Assembly (NCBI GenBank): GCA_965217895.1 | Contig: CBDCJV010000002.1 | Location: forward strand, 448,001-512,000 | Direction of reading: 5' to 3' | Length of the DNA stretch: 64,000 bases | Source: Waterburya sp. | GTDB taxonomy: Bacteria; Cyanobacteriota; Cyanobacteriia; Cyanobacteriales; Xenococcaceae | Part shown: one piece after another, positions 1-10,200 of the stretch | How the letters are laid out: every line of letters starts with the position of its first letter | Numbering within the stretch: the stretch's first letter is position 1 | The notes under the pieces: generated by a model | The model's database searches: none | Told to the model about the DNA's origin: nothing | The model's input: only the letters and a program-made list of their open reading frames with translations | Position numbers and translations under genes: made by a program

Positions 1-405
1 ATTAAACCAAACATTAGGATAACCAAAGTTTTCTGGACATTCGTAGGGATAAAAATCATGAATAGTAGTCACTACAGGACAAGAAAATAAAGATCGCCAA
101 AAGGGAATCGGAAATGATAAATGAACCAAATCGGGACATAGGTGATTTGTTAGTTTGGCTAATCCCCACACAAACCAAATATTTCGCGATAAAGAACTAT
201 TTTTAAGCTCGATGCTGACTAGATCGATCTTGGGTGAATCTAATACAAAAGATGTTTTGAAATAATCTAGTTGCCATGCTCCAATGACGAGAGTTATCTT
301 ATCTACTTCGTTGGTATTGGCAAGACACTGTGCCAAATTGACGGCGTGTCTGCAAACTCCAGTGGGCTTAATTGGTCTATGCAATGCAGCAATTAAAATG
401 TGCAT
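1..405 (-). CDS. Glycosyltransferase family 4, 5' part; runs off the window start
   Basis: Not in the ORF track. Manual translation from the ATG at 405 gives MHILIAALHRPIKPTGVCRHAVNLAQCL...PDLVHLSFP...PVVTTIHDFYP, open to base 1. This is a typical GT4 N-terminal domain, starting 2 nt after the stop of 408..1634. Confidence 0.8.
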   Translation of the reverse strand, partial: MHILIAALHRPIKPTGVCRHAVNLAQCLANTNEVDKITLVIGAWQLDYFKTSFVLDSPKIDLVSIELKNSSLSRNIWFVWGLAKLTNHLCPDLVHLSFPIPFWRSLFSCPVVTTIHDFYPYECPENFGYPNVWFN

Positions 406-407
406 TT

Positions 408-1634
408 TTATCGCTCGACAATTTGTTGATAAGTTTGACAGAGTTGTTTACCTTTAGCTTGCCAGCTATATAGTTCTTTAACTCGTTGTTGTCCCGCCTG
501 TCCCATTTGTCTGCAAAGTTTAGGATTCTGCCCTAACTCAATCATGACTTTCGCCATAGCATTAATAGATTCTTCGGGATCTTTGGCTAACACCTTAAAA
601 CCAGTCTCTGAGGTAATTTGTTCGGCGGGCCCGCCCAAGTCAAGACAAATAACTGGTCTTCCTGCTGCCATTGCCTCTAAACAAACTCCTCCTCCCGAAT
701 CGTGAAGGCTTGGATGTACCAACACCGAGCATTGTCCCAACTTGAGGATAACCTCATCTCTAGGTAGCAATCCTAAAAATTTAACTCGATCGCCAATTCC
801 TAAATCTAACGCTAAAGATTGAAGTCTTTTCATCTCTTCCCCTTCTCCCACAATCCAGTATTCCGCATCAAGCAAATTAGCTAAAGCAAAAGCTCGCAGA
901 CCCAAATGAATGCCTTTCCAGTGCAGCAAGCGGGCAATGCTAATAAATCTAACTGGAGTCGCATTGATAGAAGAACATTGTGCAAGCCGTTCGATCTCTA
1001 GATTGGATAAAGCGATCGCCGAAAAGATTTTAACGGATTTAGCTCCCATCTTGCTAACTCGCTTGGCGGTGTCTTTGGTAACTGCATAGGCGATCGCACT
1101 TTTTTGAGCAGTTATGCGAGCAAAAGGATCTCGCTCTCCCAACCAACGGGCTAAAGAGCGCAGAGTTTCGTAAACTTTGTTTTTAAAGCCAAAATCCTGC
1201 CAAAAAGTCTGAGGATAAACTTCTCCTCCTCCTAATGGTCCCCAAACAAAAGGAACGGGCAATAAAGCCAGAAAACTAGGACTAGAGTACTTAACAAAAG
1301 TAACATGATGAATAATGTCGAAGTCAATATCACTACCTAGTTTTTTAGCCACGAAATAAGCTTGTATTTGCCAGAGATAATAATGAATTTGCATTGCCCC
1401 TGATTGCCCCCAACGAAGACTATTTTGCCAGAAAGGTAAGGTAAAGTAGATAAATTTTAAATTAGGAATAGGATTTTGTTCTAATTCAGCTTCAATCGCC
1501 TCACGGCTTTCATCTGGTCGAGTCAAGACCCATACTTGATGCTGTTTAGCGACTTCACGAGCTATATTCCAACCTACTCCCCGTTCAGAGCCTTTACCTG
1601 GTTCGCAAGAATACGCAGATATAAGTACTTTCAT
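408..1634 (-). CDS. Glycosyltransferase family 4 (GT-B)
   Basis: MKVLISAYSCEP start; ARLLHWKG; C-terminal PSLHDSGGGVCLEAMAAGRPV donor-binding motif. Confidence 0.9.
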   Translation of the reverse strand: MKVLISAYSCEPGKGSERGVGWNIAREVAKQHQVWVLTRPDESREAIEAELEQNPIPNLKFIYFTLPFWQNSLRWGQSGAMQIHYYLWQIQAYFVAKKLGSDIDFDIIHHVTFVKYSSPSFLALLPVPFVWGPLGGGEVYPQTFWQDFGFKNKVYETLRSLARWLGERDPFARITAQKSAIAYAVTKDTAKRVSKMGAKSVKIFSAIALSNLEIERLAQCSSINATPVRFISIARLLHWKGIHLGLRAFALANLLDAEYWIVGEGEEMKRLQSLALDLGIGDRVKFLGLLPRDEVILKLGQCSVLVHPSLHDSGGGVCLEAMAAGRPVICLDLGGPAEQITSETGFKVLAKDPEESINAMAKVMIELGQNPKLCRQMGQAGQQRVKELYSWQAKGKQLCQTYQQIVER

Positions 1635-2785
1635 GTTGTTTGCTTGAACAACTTTTCATAAACTAAGGCTGTTTGTTGAGCAGTGTTTTGCCAAGTAAAC
1701 TCACTTACTCTTTTTAATCCTCGATCGATTAAGTTTTGGCGGTAGTTAGAATCTTGTTGCAGTTTACCAATAGCTGCTGAGATTCCTTCAATATCTAAGG
1801 GATCGAGAGAAATAGCTGCATCGCCAACTACTTCTGGCAGAGAAGAAACATTAGAAGTAACTACGGGCGTTCCACAAGCCATCGCCTCTAAAATTGTCAA
1901 ACCAAATCCTTCATACAGAGAAGGAGCTAACAATAAATCGGCTGCGTTATACAACTCGATCAGAGTTTCTCGATCGGGATATCCGAGGCAAGTTATCTGT
2001 GATTCGAGTTGGCGATCGCTGATATAGGCTTGTTGTTCGGCGGTAAAGTCACTGCCAACTTTCCATAAACGAACGGGTAGTCCCTTTTTCATTAAAGTTT
2101 CTAAAACCTTCAAAATAGTAAAAATATTTTTACGCTGATGAGTTGAGCCGACATTAAGCAGACAGATTTCCTCTGAAGAGGCTGTATATTGGTGTTTTCT
2201 TGCCAAGATGCGATCGCTCTTTATGACCCGAAATTGGGCATCAACTCCATTGGGTATTGTCGTCACCTTGTCGCTACTTGTATTCAACATGGATACAACA
2301 TCTTTTTTTGTATTACTTGATACAGAAATAATACAATCTGCTAATTTCATTCCTCCTACTGAATAACGCCACGATGCCATACTCAAGGCTGGTAAACGAG
2401 ATTGATCTTTCAAAATCTCAGGATAGACGTATTGAACTAAGTCATGACAAGTGATCGCAATGGGCTTACCTAGTTTGGTCAACCAACGAGCAATATGTCC
2501 ATCTGTGTGGTCAATAATGTGGAATAAGTCTGCTTTTGTGCGACTAACAGCCAGAGGATATCGCCAAAAACGCTCGTAGTACTTGCGTACAGGATTGCCA
2601 GAATGCCATGAGTTTTCAGGATCGGTACTCCAGGGTTGAGGCGCGACTTCTATAATCTCCCAATGAGGACGAACGGTTTTCAACCCAGCGATTACATTAT
2701 CGGCGTAGACATCCATGCTCAAAGCATTGCCTCTTTCTCTACGAGCGATCGCAATTCGCTTGACTGACTTTTTTTCTTGATGCAA
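1631..2785 (-). CDS. Glycosyltransferase family 4 (GT-B)
   Basis: TCHDL, RKN and PSLYEGFGLTILEAMACGTPVV (ExFG...E motif). The TTG start is uncertain. Stop overlaps the start of the next gene. Confidence 0.9.
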   Translation of the reverse strand: MHQEKKSVKRIAIARRERGNALSMDVYADNVIAGLKTVRPHWEIIEVAPQPWSTDPENSWHSGNPVRKYYERFWRYPLAVSRTKADLFHIIDHTDGHIARWLTKLGKPIAITCHDLVQYVYPEILKDQSRLPALSMASWRYSVGGMKLADCIISVSSNTKKDVVSMLNTSSDKVTTIPNGVDAQFRVIKSDRILARKHQYTASSEEICLLNVGSTHQRKNIFTILKVLETLMKKGLPVRLWKVGSDFTAEQQAYISDRQLESQITCLGYPDRETLIELYNAADLLLAPSLYEGFGLTILEAMACGTPVVTSNVSSLPEVVGDAAISLDPLDIEGISAAIGKLQQDSNYRQNLIDRGLKRVSEFTWQNTAQQTALVYEKLFKQTT

Positions 2786-3293
2786 AGATTTTTTCCTTAA
2801 TTTTTTTAAAATGATATTTTATACTGCTCGCTAAAACTATTTATAATACTATTAGTCATATTTATTAATAGATATAGGTCAACTCCTGACTACATTTAGC
2901 ATTTATAGGTTTAGAAGTAGGCCTAAACCTCTCCTACTTTCTCCTTTAAAAAAGAGGCTTAAAACCAGAATGTTCAATGTTATCTCGCCTGACGCAACAA
3001 ATGGGAAAAAGATGTAAGGCTAAGATCCGCAACTAAGAACTAAAAAGCAATAAATATTAAAAAAAAATGATTACTTTTGCATAATCTCTGCCGAGCGGAC
3101 GTAATATTATCTGGCGAAGTCAAAATTATAGATTACCTCTAATTCATAATTACTTCATATATTTCTATTTCATATTTTCTAAAATTATCATACAATAACT
3201 AGGTTACATCAATGCTACTCTTTAACTATTAAATTTAAGCACAAGCAAAATCTTTGTTTATAAAAAACAATTTAAAATATTAGGTTTCTTCTT

Positions 3294-5441
3294 ATGAATA
3301 CAAATTATCCTTCTAAAGTCGCTGATATTGCTCAAAATGCTCAATTACATGAGCTGTATGAAGTAGATGAAGGAGGGATGAACTTAGGTGCGCTTAAAGA
3401 AATCCTGTGGAGGCAATTGCCCTTAATTGCTAGTGTTACAGCAGTTGTATCGTCTTTAGCTTTTGTACAGGCCATGAATCGTACTCCTAATTATCAAGCT
3501 AGTTTTGAAATTCTCTCCGAACCAGTAACCATTGAGACTAAAGTAAGTTCTTCTGGTTCTCAGTCAAGAGAAACAACTGAAGCAATAACGTCAGTAAAAT
3601 TAGATGACGTACAAATAAAAACTCTAAAAAGCCCTAGGATAATTGATTCTGTTGTCGAGCAACTGCAACCAGCCCATCCTGATATTAATTATGCTTCGAT
3701 TGTCAGTACTTTAGATCTTAAAACTACTAACGAAGAAGAAACTGTTTTAGAAGTTGCCTACAAGCATCCTGACAGTAAACTTGTTAAAGATGTCTTAGAT
3801 ACTTTGGCAACAGTTTATTTAGATTATAGTTTGCAAAGACGGCAGTCTGGCGTGAGCCGAGGTCTAGAATTTTTGGATCAGCAAATTCCCATATTACAAG
3901 CAAAAGTTGACCAGCTCAATTTGCAAATACAACAAATAAGACAAAAACATAATTTTATCAAACCAGAAATTCAAGGACAAAACTTATCAGTGAGACTTGA
4001 AAATCTGACGCAAGAGCAACTACTCAATAAATCACAATTAAATAAAGCAAGATGGAATGCCAGCGTTGTTCAAAAAGAAGTGGCACAAGAACCAACCAAA
4101 GCCACTACAGCAATGCAGTCTGGTACAGATCGCTACAACAAATTATTAGAGGATTTGCGAGGAGTAGATCGTCAAATAGCTAACAAATCGACAGTTTTTA
4201 CCAACGATAGTGCCGAATTACAAGTTTTGTTTGATGAAAAAAAAGCAATTCTCTCTTTAATTAATCGAGAAGGAACAGTTGTCGAACAAAAACTAGCTGA
4301 TCAAATTTCTGCTCTAGAAGAGCAAAATAAAGCTATCGACCGAGACATAATAGATCTCAAACAAGAAATTAAGGATTGGTCGGGAGTTACTCAAGACTAC
4401 GATGATATTCAGAGGCAAATAACTATTACCGTCAAACAGCTTAATGAACTTTTAGTTCAAAGAGAATCTTTAAAAATCGAGTCCGCTCAAAAAGAAGCTC
4501 CTTGGAGATTGTTGACCGCCGTAGGAGATCCGCAAACTGATTCGGCGAGTAAAGTTAATTTCGTTATTTTAGGTACGCTTTTAGGTTTATTGGTAAGTAT
4601 AGGTCTGGCGATCGCTTTAGATAAATATCAAAATATTGTCCATACCTCATCTCAGGTTAAACGAGTTACCAATCTGCCAATACTAGGAATGATTCCCTTT
4701 GATCGATCTTCGACAAAATTATCCCTAGAACAAGAAATGAGCTTATTAATGGAGTCAGATAAATCGCCAATCCAAGTATACAAGGAAAATTCTGCTTTAT
4801 CTAACATTCTAACTTTATCAATCGAACCTTTTCGCTTTTTTGGTGCCAATTTAGGTTTATTTGAAGCAAATAGTACGCTTCGTTCTTTCATAATTACCTC
4901 TGCTATGCCTGGAGAAGGAAAGTCCACTGTAGCACTCAATCTAGCAAAAACCGCCGCCATAATGGGTAAGCGAGTTTTGCTTGTAGATACGGATATGCGG
5001 AGCATTAGCAGAATTAGCACGAGTATTCCTTTAGCTAACAGCTTCGGTTTGACAGATCTGGTTTTAAAACCAAATTTGAATTTGCGTGATGTCGTTCAAA
5101 AATCTTTCTTAGAAGAAAATTTATTTATTCTTTCTAGTGGTAGTCAAGCTATGACTACCGACCCAGGAAAATTATTTGTATCAACAAAAATTACAGAGGT
5201 AATGAAAACAGCCGAACAAAATTTTGATTTAGTTATTTATGATGTATCTTCTGTTGTTGACTATGCAGATGTTAGTTTGTTGGCTACAAAAACTGATGGT
5301 GTTGTTTTAGTGACAGGATTAGGTAAGTTGCAAAACACAAATTTAAAAGAGGCTATGAACCGATTGAATGTATCTAACATTCCCGTTCTTGGCATAGTCG
5401 TCAATCAATTGCTGAGGCGAAACAGCAAGAGTGCAGTTTAG
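3294..5441 (+). CDS. wzc: Wzc/GumC-type polysaccharide co-polymerase / BY-kinase-like protein
   Basis: Two TM segments flank a coiled-coil periplasmic region. Cytoplasmic Walker A SAMPGEGKST, A' LLVDTDMR and terminal VLGIVVN. Confidence 0.85.
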   Translation: MNTNYPSKVADIAQNAQLHELYEVDEGGMNLGALKEILWRQLPLIASVTAVVSSLAFVQAMNRTPNYQASFEILSEPVTIETKVSSSGSQSRETTEAITSVKLDDVQIKTLKSPRIIDSVVEQLQPAHPDINYASIVSTLDLKTTNEEETVLEVAYKHPDSKLVKDVLDTLATVYLDYSLQRRQSGVSRGLEFLDQQIPILQAKVDQLNLQIQQIRQKHNFIKPEIQGQNLSVRLENLTQEQLLNKSQLNKARWNASVVQKEVAQEPTKATTAMQSGTDRYNKLLEDLRGVDRQIANKSTVFTNDSAELQVLFDEKKAILSLINREGTVVEQKLADQISALEEQNKAIDRDIIDLKQEIKDWSGVTQDYDDIQRQITITVKQLNELLVQRESLKIESAQKEAPWRLLTAVGDPQTDSASKVNFVILGTLLGLLVSIGLAIALDKYQNIVHTSSQVKRVTNLPILGMIPFDRSSTKLSLEQEMSLLMESDKSPIQVYKENSALSNILTLSIEPFRFFGANLGLFEANSTLRSFIITSAMPGEGKSTVALNLAKTAAIMGKRVLLVDTDMRSISRISTSIPLANSFGLTDLVLKPNLNLRDVVQKSFLEENLFILSSGSQAMTTDPGKLFVSTKITEVMKTAEQNFDLVIYDVSSVVDYADVSLLATKTDGVVLVTGLGKLQNTNLKEAMNRLNVSNIPVLGIVVNQLLRRNSKSAV

Positions 5442-6009
5442 TAATTTTCTTAATAAGGCGATCGCAAAGATCGTTAACTTTGATTGAGAAAAGCAGAATT
5501 AATAATTCTCAAATGAACATAGATTTAGCAATAAATGCTTATTTTTTTCAACAGTGGAGAAATTTTAAACTCTATTTTAATGTCCTTAAACATTAAAATA
5601 GGGAAAAAAGAATATAGATTTCTTAGATGTGCGTATTTTTGTTATTTAGATTTGATAAGCTTATTGACATTGGTAACTGAGTTCTGTATTATCCTTATAA
5701 TAATTGATTTTTTTAGCTTAAAATCTAAAAAAATGCGATTAAAAACATTTAGAGATTTGAGAAATCCTCAGAAGAGAAAATTGGCTTAACTGTTATTGGC
5801 GATCGCCTTGCTTTTTTATTAAGTTGATATCACTCTCAAATGAACTAAAAAGCAGAATGCGATTGAGCGACACTTCTTTTTAAATAAAAAAACCCAATCT
5901 CAAACTATCTTTAACACGATTTATTTCTTTAAACCGTCTTGAAATTATTTTTAGACAGCTTTTTATTTGGAGAATACATTTAAATCGAATTAAATTACAT
6001 CTATATAAA

Positions 6010-7215
6010 ATGCAATTTTCAATACCAACTAAATACCTATTAAACACCCCAATAACTTGTCTTACTTTTGAAGAACAAATTATGTTGATGCTTCGATGGG
6101 CAAAAACAAAAGAAAGTAAAACTATTTGTTTGGCTAATGTTCATATGCTGATGGAAGCGTACTGGGATAGAAATTTTGCTGGGGTTCTAGAAACAGCAGA
6201 TATGGTAACTCCCGATGGAATGCCTTTGGTTTGGATGTTACAAAAACTAGGAATATACAACCAAAATCGAGTAGCAGGATTAGATGTCTTTATGAACCTC
6301 TGTGAACTAGCTCAACAATGTCAAATTGGAGTTTATTGTGTTGGCTCACAGCCTGAAGTGTTAGGCAAAATGAAGTATAGGCTAGAAGAGGAATATCCAG
6401 TATTACAAATCGCTGGGATGGAAACTTTACCGCAGATTACTATTGAAGAAATTGTCGAGGATGTAGACTATCCTTTAATCGATCGCATTAATCAAAGTGG
6501 TGCGGGAATAGTTTTTGTCTGTCTTGGATGTCCCAAACAAGAAATTTGGATGAACCAACACCAAGGAAAAATTAATGCGATCATGGTTGGTGTTGGGGCA
6601 GTTTTTTCCATGTATGCAGGTTTAAATCCACGAGCTCCCTATTGGCTTCAAAGAGCAGGGCTAGAATGGCTGTATCGCTTGCTTCAAGAACCTCGAAGGC
6701 TCTGGTATCGTTACGGTAAAACTATTCCTCCTTTTTTATACTTGGCAGTTCGACAATTACTGATTTCTTATCAAGATAATCTTGAACGAGTTCGTCGGAG
6801 TTTTGTTGATGGAAACATGGTAGTCGATATTACTGGTTTGAATAATTCACCAATTTTACTTGGTGAAATTTTGGTAAGACAGAGTTTGTTGACGCAAGAA
6901 CTATTAGACAAAGTTTTATTAGAGCAAGCACAAAACTCTTCTTTAAAACTTGGCGAAATTTTAGTTAAAAAAGACCTAATTTCTGTCGCTCAACTTCGGT
7001 ACTATCTCAAAAATCAAAGAATCAGGCTGGGAGAAATATTGGTGGAGCAAAAAGTGATTACTTTGGCAAAAATTAATGCAATTATTAGGCTTCAAAAGCG
7101 TAAAGACAAAAAACTTGGCGAAATCTTAGTCGAGCTGAACATGGTGTCCAAAAAGCAAATAGAAATGGCTCTTATGGAACAATACTGGCGACGAAAAGGT
7201 TTGTGGCTTAGATAA
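6010..7215 (+). CDS. WecB/TagA/CpsF glycosyltransferase fused to four C-terminal MshEN-like repeats
   Basis: TPDGMP, RVAG, LGCPKQE, GVGAVF and RAP..GLEWLYRLLQEPRRLWYRY are WecB/TagA hallmarks. Four 24-aa xLGEILV...Q repeats follow. Confidence 0.88.
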   Translation: MQFSIPTKYLLNTPITCLTFEEQIMLMLRWAKTKESKTICLANVHMLMEAYWDRNFAGVLETADMVTPDGMPLVWMLQKLGIYNQNRVAGLDVFMNLCELAQQCQIGVYCVGSQPEVLGKMKYRLEEEYPVLQIAGMETLPQITIEEIVEDVDYPLIDRINQSGAGIVFVCLGCPKQEIWMNQHQGKINAIMVGVGAVFSMYAGLNPRAPYWLQRAGLEWLYRLLQEPRRLWYRYGKTIPPFLYLAVRQLLISYQDNLERVRRSFVDGNMVVDITGLNNSPILLGEILVRQSLLTQELLDKVLLEQAQNSSLKLGEILVKKDLISVAQLRYYLKNQRIRLGEILVEQKVITLAKINAIIRLQKRKDKKLGEILVELNMVSKKQIEMALMEQYWRRKGLWLR

Positions 7216-7297
7216 AGTAAATAAAAAGTTTCTATGAAAGTAGATCGATTTTTATATTAATAGCTTACGATTCAAGTTAAGTTTTAAACATAAAAAT

Positions 7298-10200
7298 ATG
7301 GCAACCTCTTATAATCAGCAAAATTCACTAACAGAGAAAGAGCAATATCGTCTGTTATTAGAGTGGTCAAGAAATAAAGTTAATTATCCTCAACAAAAAT
7401 CTATTCATCAGCTATTTGCAGAACAGGTAATAAAAACACCTGCTAAAACTGCTGTTATTTTGCCTGAAAATGAATCAATAAAAACTAATCAAATTAATTA
7501 TCAAGAACTCGATCGCCGAGCAAATATTCTAGCAAATATTTTACAAAGGCAAAATGTGCAGCCAGGTACAGCGATCGCCTTAATGATGAATAGATCCCTA
7601 GAATTAATCGTCGCAATTCTGGGCATCCTCAAAGCAGGGGGAGTTTATGTTCCTTTAGCTCCATCTTATCCACAAGAACGTTTGGCGTGGATGTTAGAAG
7701 ATTCGCGATCGCCCATTATTCTGACTCAATCGGCTCTGGTTACTAGTCTCCCTGCTCACGATGCAGAAATTATCTGTTTAGATCGAGACTGGGGTAAAGA
7801 TCTAGAATTAGATACTTGCTTACCATCAATTGAAGTAGATTCTCATAGCCTTGCCTATATCAATTATACATCTGGCTCTACAGGCAAACCAAAAGGAGTG
7901 GCCGTTCCTCATCGTGGCGTAGTCAGATTGGTAATTGGAAGCGACTTTACTCCCTTAGACGGTAACCAAACTCTATTACAGCTTGCTCCCATTTCCTTTG
8001 ATGCTGCTACTTTTGAGATTTGGGGCGCATTACTTCATGGAGGCTGTTGTGTATTATATCCAGATAACGGACTGCCCGATCCCCAGACTTTAAGTAGAGT
8101 AATTAAAGACTACAATGTAACTACTATTTGGCTGACCGCTGCTTTATTTAATACCCTAATTACCGAAGCCCCAGAATGTTTGCAAGGGGTTAAAGAAATA
8201 CTAACGGGTGGCGAAGCTTTGTCAGTAGCTCATATAAAAAGGGCGCAACAACTACTGCCAAATACCCAGTTAATTAACGGTTATGGGCCAACCGAAAATA
8301 CTACCTTTACCTGTTGCTATCGTCTTCCCAACCCTTTAGAAGATAACGTAACCTCAATTCCGATTGGCAAAGCGATCGCCAATACTGAAGTTTATATTTT
8401 AGATACTAAATTACAACCAGTACCCATAGGCGAAGCAGGAGAACTATATATCGGCGGGGATGGATTGGCAAGAGGTTATCTTAATCGTCCTGATTTAACG
8501 GCAGAAAAATTTATTCCTCATCCTTTTAAAGAAGATAATACAGCAAGATTGTATAGGACGGGAGATGAAGTACGCTATTTAGCAGATGGCAATATCGAAT
8601 TTATTGGGCGTTTAGATAATCAAGTTAAGCTTAGAGGTTATCGAATCGAACTAAGTGAAATTGAAATAGCTTTAACTCAACACGATACTATCTTAGATGC
8701 GGTAGTTGTATGTCGAGAAGACAATCGAGGTAATAAGTATTTAGCTGCATACATTACATTCCAAACTAACCAGAAAATAAACGTTGAGCAATTAAAAGAT
8801 TACCTACACTTTAAGCTACCAGACTACATGGTGCCTACCAGCATTATGGTAATCCAGAAAATTCCGCTAACGGTCAATGGCAAGGTAGATCGTCAAGCTT
8901 TACCAATTCCCAATCAAGAAATATTCAGTCAGAGATTACAAATTCCCCAAACAGAAATAGAAAAAAATCTCGCTCGAATTTGGTGTGAAGTTTTAGGTTT
9001 AGAACAAGTCGGTATTGAAGATAATTTTTTCGATCTAGGTGGTACATCTTTATTAGGATTACAATTAATTACGCGAATCCAAAAAAGCTTTGCCATAGAG
9101 TTACGTGCAGTCAAGCTTTATCAATATCCTAATATTTACAAGTTAGCTCAATATTTAGTTGAAAAAGCTAATCAACGATCAACTCAACTTAAAACACAGC
9201 AAAATAAATCAACTAGTCTTTCCGCAGGAATTGCTATTGTTGGCATGGTAGGCAGATTTCCTGGTGCAGGTAGTGTAGATCAGTTTTGGGATAATCTTTG
9301 TCAGGGTGTTGAATCAAATACTTGGTTTACGGATGAACAAATCGATCCCAGTGTCGATCGAGAATTACTGGCCGATCCTAACTATATCCGCGCCAGAGGC
9401 ATTATTGAAGGTGCAGAATTATTTGATGCCAGCTTTTTCAACATTTCTCCGAGGGAAGCTGAAGTTATGGATCCCCAAGCCAGAGTATTTTTAGAGCTTG
9501 CTTATGAAGCCCTAGAAAATGCGGGGTATACAGCCGAATCTTTTGCGGGCAAAATTGGACTATATGCAGGATCGGGGCAAAATACTTATTTTGAAAATCA
9601 TCTTTGCGGCAGAAAAGAAATAATTGATCGCCTGGGTGCTTTCCAGACAATGTTAGCTAATGAAAAAGACTTCGTTACTACCCGTATCTCTTACAAATTA
9701 AACCTTACTGGACCGAGTATTAGTATCAACACTGCTTGCTCTACTTCATTAGTAGCCATCATCCAAGCTTTTCAAGGATTAAAAGCTCGTCAATGCGACA
9801 TGGCATTGGCAGGAGGAGTTTCGATTGGCACGCCTCAAAATCGAGGTTATTTATATCAAGAAGGAGGAATGCTTTCTCCAGATGGACGTTGCCGTCCCTT
9901 TGACGCTAATGGTAGCGGTACTTTGTTTAATAACGGGGCGGGCATTGTCGTCTTGAAAAGAGTTGAAGATGCCCTAGAAGATGGCGATCGCATCTATGCA
10001 GTAATTCGTGGTGTGGGCATGAATAATGATGGTGCGGATAAAGTTAGTTTTACTGCACCGAGCGTCAACGGACAAATGAATGCCATTTTAGAAGCGCAGC
10101 TTAATGCGGGTATTAATCCAGAAACCATTGATTATATTGAAACTCACGGTACGGCTACTCATCTAGGCGATCCGATCGAACTAGAGGCATTAACCCAAGC

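Noticed and set aside
2786..3293. c-di-GMP riboswitch upstream of wzc
   Set aside because: No recognisable class I or class II consensus by eye.
5535..5789. 84-aa ORF between wzc and wecB
   Set aside because: Very AT-rich, no motifs or RBS; more likely promoter/UTR sequence.
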